Of a stretch of 64,000 bases of DNA, positions 31,517 through 43,454 are shown one piece after another; the stretch's first letter is position 1, and each line of letters begins with the position of its first letter. A program made the translations under genes and the position numbers. Below the pieces are notes generated by a model. The model was not told the DNA's origin, did not search any database, and saw only the letters and a list, made by a program, of their open reading frames with translations. Source of the DNA: Paramoeba atlantica (Eukaryota; Protista; Discosea); contig CDRNVI010000087.1 of NCBI GenBank assembly GCA_977017575.1, positions 314,571 to 378,570 of the forward strand, read 5' to 3'.

Positions 31517-33847
31517 CATACCCTGGACGGTAATAGGAGGTAATTACCTCCTATTACCTCCTATTACCACATATTTTAGTCTACAGAGTGACTTCTAAAA
31601 AGTCTTACGTTATCCTATCTAATTGTGTTCTAAGTGATACAGGGGGCTTTTTTCGCTACTAATACAGAGTTTCTGCTTTCTTGTGGCGCAAAATACGATG
31701 TTATTGTGCCTCTGGGACCTACGTAAGGGCGTTCGTACCTTTTATCCAACTTCTTACTATTCCCCATACTTTTTCCCACGCTCGTATACTTTTAATCAAA
31801 GTCATAACTGTTAGTTACTTTAGACTGTTCATTAATCAAGTTACTATCCTGATATGACCACAGAAGAGGCAGATAATACTCCAAGGTCTCGGAAGCGAGC
31901 AGCGCGTCGTATTAGCAACGAACAGCGCGATGCTGTTAATCGGCGGGTGGCTGATGGACCAAGCCAATTAAGCTTGACCACACTGAGACAGGTCACTGAT
32001 ATTTCAAACAATACGAAGAAAGTTCAGTCTGGGAACGTGAGGACCCGCTTAAATTTGGAGATTTATCCTGTTATTTTTATTATGTCTTGTGTGATTTCAA
32101 GAATACTAACAGTACTTCTTCGAAATTGTGCTTTAAGGAAATGGATCATCGTCAGGGATCTGCATCCTTTTTGTTGCCGTTCCCTAGAGAAACTTTCTTC
32201 GCTTTCTTTGCAGCCCGTGGGATCGCTGCTTTTGACGTTGCGTGGAACTGACTCTCTCCACGAAAAGCATCTTGAATTAGTCGAAAAGGGTCCGCTAGTT
32301 CTGGAAGCACTTGAGCACGCCAAACGTATGAACAAAATTCCAGCCCCTAAATTGGGAGGGGCTACAAGATGGTGCATTGGACATTTTGAAAGCTTGAAGT
32401 ACATCGAAGAAAATTTACCAACGATCGTACGTTTTGTTGCCGATGAAGTCAACTCGGGATGTGCATCTGAATCAGTCAAGAAATGTGCCGAAATTATAAG
32501 GGATCATGATACTCAAGAGCTCATGAACCAAGCGCATGAAATATTAACACATTTTGAATATTGTTCATAATTCACTAAAACAATTGTCTGACATGCCAGA
32601 TGAACCAATGGCCTTAATTCCCTACCCCATAATACAGGGATTAATAGCAGAAGGAGAGAATACGGATGGCAATACAACGCTATTGGAATCACTGAAGAAG
32701 CACAAACAACGACTTGAAAACAAAGCCTACATGTATTATTGGAAAGGTGTAATGAGTTTTTCTCCGAAACATATATTGTCAAGTCGACGTATCCGCGTGG
32801 AAGAACGGCCAATTATCACTGTCGAAGTTGCTAACGACCTTTTTCAAAGCGGTCAACCTCTTTTTCACATTACAGAGGAAGAGTGGAGTTCGTATATACA
32901 CATGTATGTTGCAAAATTTTTCACTGGAAACCTTTGTTGCATACCTCGGTGTAGAAGTGGTGGGAAGACGTTGGCACCGTCCAGTTTCCTTCAATTTTTT
33001 GTGCCGCTCAGCACTATTTGTGGGTCCCACCCATAGTCACCGCGTGCGATTCTCTTCTTTCCATAATGGGATGGAAATACAACCCACGTCAGGCTTCTCT
33101 GGACAGCGATGTAATCGCCACGCAGATGTTTATTCGCGGTAATTTAAATAAATTGGATTATGTTGGTCCCAGCAGGGTCGAAACAGTACCAGATTTAGAT
33201 GGTTCGCCTAGTGATACAGATACGAGCGAATCAGAGCTGAGCATATGAATTAAAATATCCCTGATAGTTATCCCTTTTTTGTTTGTTCGATTCATAGTTT
33301 ATTTATATTTGAAATTCGATTTTTCAGACGAGCATGATGGCGTGTCATGTTATGATCGTGATAATAATTTGTCGAAGCGTACACATTATATTTAGCAAAG
33401 TTGTATTCAATACATTCAATAACCACATAATAAATACATACATAATAATACATACATACATAATAAATACATAAATAATAAATACATGTAGGTTTACCTA
33501 GTTTTTTTTCCGTCAGTCTATAATTTTCTTATTGTTTTTCTTTTGTAAACTCATACATGTAAATTTTTAAATTAGTACTTGCTATTTGTCACTGCATCGC
33601 ATTCCATACAATACCTGTAGGTGTTGCTTGTTACAAGACTTGTCAAAGTACAGCATAAGGGGGCATTATGGAGAAAAGAGGCAAGCGATCTCTAAAGCTA
33701 AAGATACCGTTTCTGTAAACATATGGTTTTTTCCTGAATGTAAATTTCAGCCCACGTTCTGTCATGGTAATTGGGTAATAGAAAAGTGGTAATTACCACC
33801 TATTACCACGCATGTGGTAATTACCACCTATTACCGTCCAGGGTATG
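31517..33847 (+). mobile_element. Degenerate hAT-like element
   Basis: TIRs CATACCCTGGACGGTAATAGG..CCTATTACCGTCCAGGGTATG; flanking TTATATCA duplication; ORF pieces with GGATRW and a dimerisation-like end (RQASLDSDVIATQMFIRGN). Confidence 0.7.
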
Positions 33848-35564
33848 TTATATCAAAGACACAATTTTACGAAATATGAAACATACCGTTCTGCAACGCC
33901 AGCAAATCCCTATGAACTAACGCCATAACACCCTGGCGCTCTGCGTTAAAACCACCTTCTCTTTTCCCTGACGCACCACCTCGATTTAAAAGTTTTGTTC
34001 AACATTATAATTACGATTCTTTACTATGTTATTTGAATTATTTGACGAATTTGAAATATTGATACATTGTAGTAAATTTTTCAAACTACTCTAACTCTAA
34101 GAAGCCTCCCAAATACACTAGAAGACCTTAATTTGTCCAAGAATTTCAAGCTATGCGGAGTGGTGGAAAGCCATGTTCTTTCTCAAAAACTGCGTTTGGG
34201 ACTCCTGATTGAGGATACCGATATACATAGACATGTAACGTTCGCAAACGTGTAGCGTTGCTATGTTATTTTCCTTAGTAATAAGTGCAAGTAAAAATAT
34301 GTATTGAGCAATGTGGAGTAAACCGGCGGAGGGACACATTATTGCTACCATGGTAGCAGCGCTACCGTACGAATGCTGAAACGGTGAAAAACACATTCCA
34401 AATAGCCCAATACGTTGCTATGAACAAAAGAAAAACATTATAGAGCTACATTGAATAGTTTAAAATATAGAGAGTGGGAATCGATTTGAAAACGACCTCT
34501 GTCTGAAACAATGGTTTGGGAGCGACCCTCCTGGCCCGCAATGCACGATTGTTTTAGGCATTTGCTTTCAACTTTGAGGCAATTCCATGTTGGCTTGGAT
34601 AACTGCAACAAGACAACAGCAACACAACAATGCTTGGGAAAATTTTATTGATTGTGGAGAACTCCGATCAGTTTGCGGTCTTCCGAAGTCATACGTTTCT
34701 TTTTCTTCTAAGAAACGTATTAACCTACCTAGAAATTCTAGGTGTTTGAAACATGGTGAAAGAAGGGCAGAAGTATTTTATTATCCACGTAAATATTTTA
34801 CATGATGCGTCATCAGGCTAAAATATGCATTACATTATAATACCTTTTGCATGTATACAAGGGTCCGAGGTTTATGCGTTTTAAGGGTGCATGTTCCCTC
34901 CGGTATAAGAGACAATAAGTGAAGCACCATATCTGGCGGGACATTGGTGATTTTAATCGGCAGAGCGCTATAAATATGGTTCTCCAAATAGGTGAGGACC
35001 TATTTCTCTGTTCCTAAGAGATCGGAAGACAACCTTTGTGGCCGTGGGCTCAGGTATTATCTGTAAACTATACTGGGAAAAATTCAAAGCTAACTTGCAC
35101 TTCAAAACGTATTCTCACACACTTCATGCGAAATTCTAGTTTCTGTTCTTTATTTCCTTACAGTAAACGCTGGATGCGCGCTTTTCTTCGATGCGATTGT
35201 TAAAAAATCAATAGTCCCATACAGAGAGTAATATTTTGTTATGTCTTCTTTGGTCACCGACGAAGGAAGGTGGTTCAATGGTGATTCAATGGTGATTGAG
35301 CGTTTATCAGGCTCCTTACGCGTAGAGTTGAGCTAACAACTCTTAGCTAACACGTTCAGCTAACGCGTGACAGCTAACATGTTGAGCTAACCCCAGTCGT
35401 ATCGTTTGCGTTTCGCATCCATTTCCTTGTCCGCAATGCTGTTTACTTGATTTAATTGACTCTCCGAGGTCATAGTACGTACAGTATGTATGCAAAAAAG
35501 TTTGCAAACGTTTTTTTTCTAACAGTTTTTTTTAGACCAAAAGAAATCACATAGAGGTAATGTA

Positions 35565-36323
35565 CTATAAACGAATACCAATACCTATCTGAAGCTGTGA
35601 GTCAAGTTCTTCAGGCATAGTCAGAGCATCCTCATGCTCTGACTGATCTGCATCTTCCACCACATAGGAAAATATATCACGTCGACGAGTCTGGGCTTCG
35701 AAAGAATTTGTTAAATCTTTAAGAGTTTCGGTCGTGATTCCGCATTTAGCCCGTGCAGATGTGGTTGCGTTTTTGGAAAGCGGATCATCCATATCCTTGT
35801 ATGCCTTCTCGACACATTCTAATAGTTGCCCTTTCGCAATTTTAGCGCCCAAGGCCTTAGAAGTGCCTATGCGTTCTCTTTTTTGGCGTTGCTGTCTGCA
35901 ATACTGCAGTATTAACATCGTGCGATGCTTCACGATCTTTGGTTTCAGTCGATTAAAAAACCCAACATCACAAGGTTGATAAAGCGAAGTGCACCCCGCT
36001 GGAACATAAACCAATCGCAACCAAAAATACTTCCCCCCTGAGCAACACTGAGAAATTATCTGTTCGTTGGTCGTGCGAGAAACATGTACACTGCAGCAAT
36101 CTAAGAGAAGAATTAAGGGTTTCCCGCTAATTTTCAGCTCTTCAGTGACTTTAATGTAGTAAGGCTGAACAACACGATCAATATATTCCAAAAGAGCATT
36201 GGTTGAAACGTAGTGGTTTTCTGTCTGGTACTGAACCCCTTGAGTACAAGTTTGCACCTTGGCCCCGTGGTGTGACTCTTTTCTATTCCATATAATAAAT
36301 GGAACAAGAAGATTACCGTCCAA
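35565..36323 (-). pseudogene. pogo-like transposase C-terminal half (5' part lost), D-43-D spacing
   Basis: PFIIW.., LLLDCCSVH, VPAGCTSLYQPCDVGFF. Confidence 0.8.
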
Positions 36324-36435
36324 TGAAATTGACGCAACTAAAGTTGCACTCCGTCTGTCCCCCTTCGACCAATTACACCCCCGCTAATTAATTTTTATAA
36401 ATATAAATTATAAAACTTTTGCATTTATATTTATA

Positions 36436-36754
36436 CTGTGACCCCCCCCTTTATACTTCGCTGGTCAGACCCCCCCTTTATACTTTGTACTTCGTTTTTT
36501 GTGCGCCCCCCCGAAGGGGGGACGATTTTTTTTTAATTTTTTGTAGTTTTTTTAAAAGTTTAAAAAAAAACAAGAACATTCTAAGCCTTCCCTTCTAGAA
36601 ATGGAAGGTGATATAAAAGGAAAGACAGGAAAACTGGATGAGCTGCGCCGCGAAGCGGCGCGCTATTTTTTTTGCAGCGGGGACAAAATTTCAGACCCCC
36701 CTTTATACTTCGTTACTGCTCAAAATGGGCGAAGTATAAAGGGGGGGGTCACAG
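36436..36754. mobile_element. MITE, 319 bp
   Basis: TA-flanked TIRs CTGTGACCCCCCCCTTTATACTTCG..CGAAGTATAAAGGGGGGGGTCACAG. Confidence 0.85.
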
Positions 36755-37394
36755 TATTTATAATTTATACAAATTATTTTGCGAAGGTACCGGTTAATTG
36801 AAACTGTTTTGATTGAAACCGGTTTAATTGAAACTGATAACTGTTTTTTTAACGACAGGGTCGACCCCTCTTCGCTGGAGTCCGATTCTTCTTCGTTACC
36901 TAACTCTGCGCTATCAAGACTCAAAATTTGAAATTGTTCTGTGGGTTTATGCCATTGAATGGCCCCATTGGCATCGCAAAACCACATAAGTCGACCGTTG
37001 TGCTTATCCCAGAAGACAGGAACTCCTTCAGCCCCCTTAGCAAACAATGCAGTGGCATATACGCTGTACTGCAATGAGCAAAACGATTCTCTTTGTTCGA
37101 TAAAGCATTGGCCATGTATCATTGTATCCCCTCTATCATACTTTCTCCTGCATTAAACATGACAGTCCGTGTTGAACGGAGATAATCTTCCCATAAATTG
37201 CTAAATAAAGTTTGTATTTTCTCACCATCTGCTTTCAACGTAGAAATCAACCGTTTGCGCTTTTCTATAAAAAACTTCTTCGAAAGACATCCATCCACGT
37301 TCACAAAATAATCCATAGGTATAAATAGAGTAAAGGAAAAAATTCTTTGATTTTGAAAAAATATATTAAGAAATAGAGTTCGATTCATTTCTGA

Positions 37395-37532
37395 TACGGG
37401 GAGATGGCAAACGAGAGAGGGATGGTCCTCTACCCGCTAGAGATTATGGCCACTGGCGTCGCCATCCAACGCGGCAACGCTCAGATGCTGAGAGCGGCCT
37501 CAGGGGAGCAGGACGGTGGGCGGCGTGGGTAA
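37395..37532 (+). mobile_element. Second CRE-like retrotransposon 3' fragment (internally deleted)
   Basis: EMANERGMVLYPL|EIMATGVAIQRGNAQ aligns to EMAAARGMDFFPL..MAMGVAIQKGNAQ of 2251-2622. Confidence 0.65.
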
Positions 37533-37683
37533 AGGGGGCTTTGTGGTGCCTTTCTTTTCTTATGTATTATCACACGACCTAAGATTTCTTGGTTAAACTG
37601 AACCAAATTCCGCACTTTTTCTTTTTTTCTAAAATTTTTTCATACTTCATCAACTTTGAGCCTTTCAACTTGCTTACAGCTTC

Positions 37684-38480
37684 TTACAAATGGACGCAAA
37701 TACAATACTCCATATTTTGCAATAATTGGAGCAATATATCGCCCCCATTTCGCTTCAAGCTTCTTGTACAAATCTCTGTGAATGCTTGGATTCTGTCCCC
37801 CCTGTTTCCAGATTTGTGACCTAGAACGTTGCCTTCACGCTTTAAACGCTTGTTAACCATGGAATTAGCGCATTCTACAGTGTTCGTGCGAACTCCTTGA
37901 GCTGTAACCCACTGTCGTTTGTGTTCACGTTCTCCCACTTGTATTTACCTCGAAAGGAAAAGTTATGTCGAGCTCCATCTGTCCATATTTTGGTACGACT
38001 TCCTGAAGCCAATTCCGTGATATTCGGGATGAGGGTATCGGCCGTACGATTCTCCGCAGGTTCCATGAGGATCTCAGTCAATTTATTATCTCTAGTCGTA
38101 ACCGCTATTGTCTGCACTGTTTGGCTCTCGGCTTGGCGAACCCGCCTTGCGGTATGACATCCGCCCCTCTTTCGGACAGAAAAAAAAGTCTCGTCGCATT
38201 GCATAGAGTTTACTCGCGCACGCAGTCTAATTCGTCGACGCACATGAGCTGTAGCCATAATGGAGTCCAACCATTAGCGCAATTTAATAACGGTTCGCTC
38301 GCTCAGCTCTGTCTCCTCTACTGATGATGCGTAGCGGCCACCCCGGGCGTACAACACAATGTAAATCAGGGTCTGCTTCGCGCTTCGTTGGCTTCTACCC
38401 GGCAACAAGGGCCCCATAGAGCTGTACCTTCTTCTGCAGTGCTTTGTGCACAACCACGTGCTTCCCACTAGGTCCAAGTT
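37684..38480 (-). pseudogene. Merlin/IS1016-like transposase, frameshifted
   Basis: WLCTKHCRRRYS.., MQCDETFF, NRTADTLIPNI, KIWTDG, GVRTNTVECAN across three frames. Confidence 0.8.
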
Positions 38481-38764
38481 TCTTATGATTTTTAGTACTT
38501 CAATAACTTTTCCTTTCTTTTGAAGTCAGTGTTTTTAATACATGATTTCTATCCTCCCACCACGGAGCAATCTGCAGCTTTCAAGTCATCACGTGAAGAG
38601 TCTGAAAAATGAATACGATTGATGGCCTGACGAAACAAACGGATGTACTTGTACTTTTAGAAATTCTACTAGCCTTCCGGTAAACTTCTTGGACTTGCCG
38701 TCCTGAATCGCCAATCAAGCAATGGAATTCGCCTTCGAGAGTATCCCGTGTGACGTTGCTCTCT

Positions 38765-39688
38765 TTGCCCCACTGGCCAGGATACCTGTCCAGTAAGGTC
38801 AGCGACCCATTATCTCAGCGCACGAAACGCGCCAATGCTTGCCTGGCACCGTGACTGCATGCAGAAAAAAAATGAAGTCACTGACACCAGGTTCATCCCA
38901 TTTGGCAATAGTAAATTAGCCATGGGGCCGCACCTACAAGCGAGTGATCTTCCCGGCAGCACCGAAGTGCGTCGAGAAGGCTGGTTTGTAGTCGCGGAAA
39001 TTAAATACAGATGAAAATGATCTTCTCTTTAAAAGGTATATTATGTTATGCGTACCTTATTTTTGGCGATATATGCATGTATTACATCCGACAAAACAGT
39101 CTATTATTCTTATGCAACTTATTCAAAAGTTTTTATTAATTCAAAAAACATACTAATGCTATGTTTTTTTTCTGTGTGCTGTGGGTAATCTAAAGTCAAT
39201 GGCAGCCGAACAAATATCATAAATTCCACGGACCAAAATATCCGTAAAGCAAAAGAGTCCAAAGGACCTCACTACACACCACGTAGTGGAAAGCGTCACT
39301 CAGACGCTGAGCCGCAAAGGCTTCGAATCATAAAATCCAGAAGAACAACAGAGTGTAAAACCTCCCACTACGCAACACGTAGTGAAAACGCGTCACTCAG
39401 ACGCTGAGCCATAAAGGTCTCGGATCATAAAATCCGGGAAACAACGAAGTCCGAAAGACCTCACTACGCAACAAGTAGTGGAAATCGTCACTGAGACGCT
39501 GAGCCCCAAAAGCGTCGGTTCATGACACACAGCCGAGTCACAAAAAGCTTCACTACGTCAAAGGTAGTGTAAAAAGTTAGTTTTTTTTCTGCATGCAGTC
39601 ACGGTGCCAGGCAAGCATTGGCGCGTTTCGTGCGCTGAGATAATGGGTCGTTGACCTTACTGGACAGGTATTCTGGCCAGTGGGGCAA
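38765..39688. repeat. 108-bp inverted repeat (38765-38872 / 39581-39688)
   Basis: Arms differ at about 2 positions by eye; no TSD seen. Confidence 0.9.
39266..39575 (+). repeat. ~96-bp tandem repeat, ~3.3 units, two hairpins per unit
   Basis: CACTAC at 39270, 39366, 39462, 39551, each followed by GTAGTG; GCGTC..GACGC in the first units. Confidence 0.85.
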
Positions 39689-40790
39689 CGACCTCATTAT
39701 CACGCCTTCCTAAGCACCGAGGAACCGGTTCCCAAGCACAGTGCCAGGCATGCAAGTGCCGTAGCGTACCTTTTCTCCTTTTTTCCTTTTGTTTTCCGAC
39801 GAAACAGCTTGGTTCCTTCATGTACATTTTGTCATTGTACGTGTACATGGATTGACTGCCTTATTCAGTTGAAAAAGGGCTAGACTCACTACTCTGGTCT
39901 CTGTCAAGCACATACCTCCATCGATGCACCCTTCAAACGCCCTACTGGCGGATCAGTGATACTCGAACTGTTCTCAAACCCTACGGTCAATAGGGGATCG
40001 AAGGGCCGATTGACCTGAACGGTCATCGTACAGTTCCAAGATTGTATGCCAGACGATGCACGAGATACAAGTTGCAACCCTACAGCTTGACCGGCTGTAG
40101 GGGATCAGTGATACTAGAAGCCAAAACGCATGAAAGCTGCTCATCCAAGTATCACTGAAAATTAATAGTATAGTAATAATCCCAACCCCCAAATTACAAG
40201 TACGATACGACAATAAATATTGTAAATACAATTTGCAACAATAATTAATGAAATGAAAATCAAGTGGATTATTAGTTAAAGCACCCCTCTTCCCTCTGGT
40301 TCTCCCTCACATGTACTAAATTAAATTAAATTAAAAGCATATAATAACAAAAAGCAAAGAAAAAGGCATATCCTTTCTCCCTCACACGTACCTCTACTTC
40401 CTTCTCCCTCACATTTCGTCGCTCATGTACATGAGGACGACGCCGTCTTAGGACCGGTTCCTAGCGTGTTTAGGAAGGCGTGATAATGTACGCTCTTTAG
40501 CCGTATAAGCAAAAAGTGGTACTTAAAAAGCTCAAATTTGCGGCCTTCTTCGGGAAAAAATGAATCTAAACGAAACAAATTTCTCTTTCTTACGGACTGA
40601 CACAATATTCGGCAGGTGGCCGACCGGAAGGTGTCCGATTGTGTGCATACAATTTCAAGTAAAAACTAGAAAGACGTACGAATCCTATTTCAAGTAAAAA
40701 CTAGAAAGATGTACGAATCCTAGTACTGTAGTTGATCTAAAGATAGTCGACGTAATTCTGTCAGTTACATATAAAAGTTACAATATAATT

Positions 40791-41681
40791 GAGGGGCTGC
40801 GGGTGACGTTAACCGCGGTCTCGCACGGTCTCGGCGCGGTCTCGCGCGGTCTCATATTTGTAAAAGGGTATAATGATATTTTAGAGATTGTCAAATAGTT
40901 TTCGTTTATAGTATACGTCTAAGCAATTTCAATCGCAATTTCGTCTACGCAATTTCAATTGGAATAAATAGAGCGATGTTGAACACAGACCAAGACTGAT
41001 ATTAAAAGATCAATAAAACTAAACCAATTTAGTTCTTTCGCTTCCGCGGTTTCCTAGGTTCGTAGGGCACATAATTTATGTGTTCCTTGAGCAAGTACCC
41101 GATGCGTGTTTCCACCCATTTATGATGGATAAGTACATCCACACCCATCTTCGTCCGAAAAATCGAACGGAATTGCAAGCTGCTATTCCTAAGGCGAAGG
41201 ACTACTTGTTGGCAGAGTGTCACGAGGCGTATGTGAACACGTTACAGAGTCTTCCCACACGCCTCGCTACTCTACGTGAGCGTGGAGGTGGGAATACTGG
41301 ATATTAAGACTTAGTTTCTACCGCGAAAGGCCAAAAATTGCTATTTTGCGCTCTTTTTTCAATTTGCAAAGTCTCAAAAATTTCAGTTTTTCGACCCATG
41401 GGAAAGGCTTGCTTTCATCAGTTTTTGTATTCTAAATAGCGTAGACACGATATTCAGAACGAGATCTCTCGTTTGCAACAAAAATTAGCTCAAACGGCCT
41501 CACGAGGCTAAAATGCGAAGCTAGTCAGTTTTCGTGGCCCCCCCTGTATATGAAGTGAAAGTTCTTTTTTATTCAAATTATGCTCTACTCTCCATCCAAA
41601 AACTAGCATTTTTTTGTCTCTCCAAGCCAAAAGCAAACCGCGGTCTCGCGCGGTCTCGTGTGCCACGACCCGCAGACCCTC
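40791..41681 (+). mobile_element. Sola2-like element (family E) containing the 3' end of a family-A Tc1 element
   Basis: GAGGGGCTGCGGGT..ACCCGCAGACCCTC with AATT TSD; internal ORF 41080..41307 (PKNRTEL..NTLQSLPTRL..GGNTGY) and CCCCCTG-TA at 41546. Confidence 0.7.
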
Positions 41682-41691
41682 AATTATAATA

Positions 41692-43032
41692 AACCCCGCG
41701 TCACCAATAAGTGACCCCCCCCCTTATTTTTAGCACAGGGGGTCGTGGGGGGGTTATCATACCACGTTGTCGTTCAAAATTTTGAGATCTGTACGTTCCC
41801 GCTGTTTTTAGCTCATTTTAAAAATTTAAAATTCAGTAAAAAAAAAATTTAATTTTTTCAACCTTTTTTCAAAAATGCCAAAATCACCATATCGACTCCC
41901 AAGAGGGGGGCTGACTTCTAGTGGAAAGGTTCTTTTAAAGATGAGGCACGGACAAGGAGTATCAATAAAAGAGATAGCCCGTGATTTCAACGTTTCTAGA
42001 AGGATAGTTAAAAAATATTTGAACGAAAAAAAAACTACCCCAGTATACACTTTGAGTCCTGAGCGAAAAAAAATAATGAAAACTCGTAAAACGAAAATTG
42101 AGAAGATAATAACCCCTCTTGACCCCGCTGGAGTACCGAGACTCAATTCATCAAGGCGCATAGCAGCCCAATTGAAGAAAAAGAATATACAAATTTCAAA
42201 AAGAACTGTACAGAGAGACTTATCATCCCTGGATTACAGTTATGCCGCTCGACCGCTATGCCAAGGGCTTACCGAACGACAAAAAGTAAAAAGAGTTCAA
42301 TTTGCGTTGAATTACAATATAGATACTTCCCGTGTCATCTTTACAGACGAAAAAATATTTGATACGAATGATGGCAGAATAAAAATGTGGGTAAGGCGCG
42401 GTCAAAAAGCAGCCCCGCGTCAAAAAGTACGTTGGGCACCAAGATGCCAAGTTTGGGGTGCTGTAGGGGTGGGGTGGAGGTACTCGGTAATTCTACAAAA
42501 TGACACATCTATTACAAGTGAGACGTACATAGAAACATTAAAAGAGGTAGATTTCCCCCCTAATCGTATTTTTCAGCAAGATGGGGCAACGGCACACACT
42601 GCTCGTGCCTCAAAGGAGTACATTGAAAGCGCAATGAGTGAACTTCTGAAAAATTGGCCCCCCAACTCACCAGATCTTTCCCCAATAGAAAACGTCTGGT
42701 CTATGGTCCAAGGGGCGGTGGACGAACAGACCCTATCGGATAAGCCTTCACTCATCCGATGTGTACGCAAAGCGCGGTCTCGCTTGTCTCAAAATGTGAT
42801 CGACAAAACGGTCTTAAGCTTTGACTCACGCCTTAAGGAGTGTATAAGATTGAAAGGCGAAAAAGTGAAAAAATGGTAATTCCTCAATAAAATATACGTA
42901 TTCGCTTCTTTTAGTTTCATTCCTTCTCGCGCAAAGTCTTTGTGTTGAGATCTGCAAAATGCAACAAAAATCAGCTCAAACGGACACTTGTACGAAAAAA
43001 AAGTGGGGGGTCACTTTTCATGACGCGGGGTT
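41692..43032 (+). mobile_element. Full-length Tc1/IS630-like element (family F), 1341 bp
   Basis: TA-flanked short TIRs AACCCCGCGTCA..TGACGCGGGGTT. Confidence 0.88.
41875..42879 (+). CDS. Tc1/IS630-superfamily transposase, intact, D-D-35-E
   Basis: HTH (IKEIARDFNVSRRIV), IFTDEKIF, FQQDGATAH, WPPNSPDLSPIENVW. Confidence 0.93.
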   Translation: MPKSPYRLPRGGLTSSGKVLLKMRHGQGVSIKEIARDFNVSRRIVKKYLNEKKTTPVYTLSPERKKIMKTRKTKIEKIITPLDPAGVPRLNSSRRIAAQLKKKNIQISKRTVQRDLSSLDYSYAARPLCQGLTERQKVKRVQFALNYNIDTSRVIFTDEKIFDTNDGRIKMWVRRGQKAAPRQKVRWAPRCQVWGAVGVGWRYSVILQNDTSITSETYIETLKEVDFPPNRIFQQDGATAHTARASKEYIESAMSELLKNWPPNSPDLSPIENVWSMVQGAVDEQTLSDKPSLIRCVRKARSRLSQNVIDKTVLSFDSRLKECIRLKGEKVKKW

Positions 43033-43454
43033 TATAATTATAATTATAATTAAGCAGGTTCGACAATCACGACAGGTTCGACTACATGTGTTTGGGCAAG
43101 CGCGCGTTTGCTCCCGATATGTTGCTCATGTAACTTTCTAATGTCTTTGAAGGCAATATATGCTTCTTTGTGAGACGAATTGCCCACCGCCTATTTCCAG
43201 TCTCCATGCCTTTACATCTCCAATGCCTTACATTGTACATATTCCATTAGGACAGAGTGGGATTGTTCGGTGGACTTTTTTATCTGCTTGAAACCGTAGG
43301 GTTCGTTTGCCTTCTGACACCTCATACACAATCAAAACATGTTTTCCGAGTGGCAAAGAAACCACCACTCCATAAGCATATCGCCATCCTTGATTTTCGG
43401 CATCACAGGAGCCTAGTAACTTGAAGTAGAAGGCAAAAACAAAATCGAAACTTA

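Noticed and set aside
39266-39575. CRISPR array
   Set aside because: The would-be spacers are homologous to each other, repeats are not identical and no cas genes are present.
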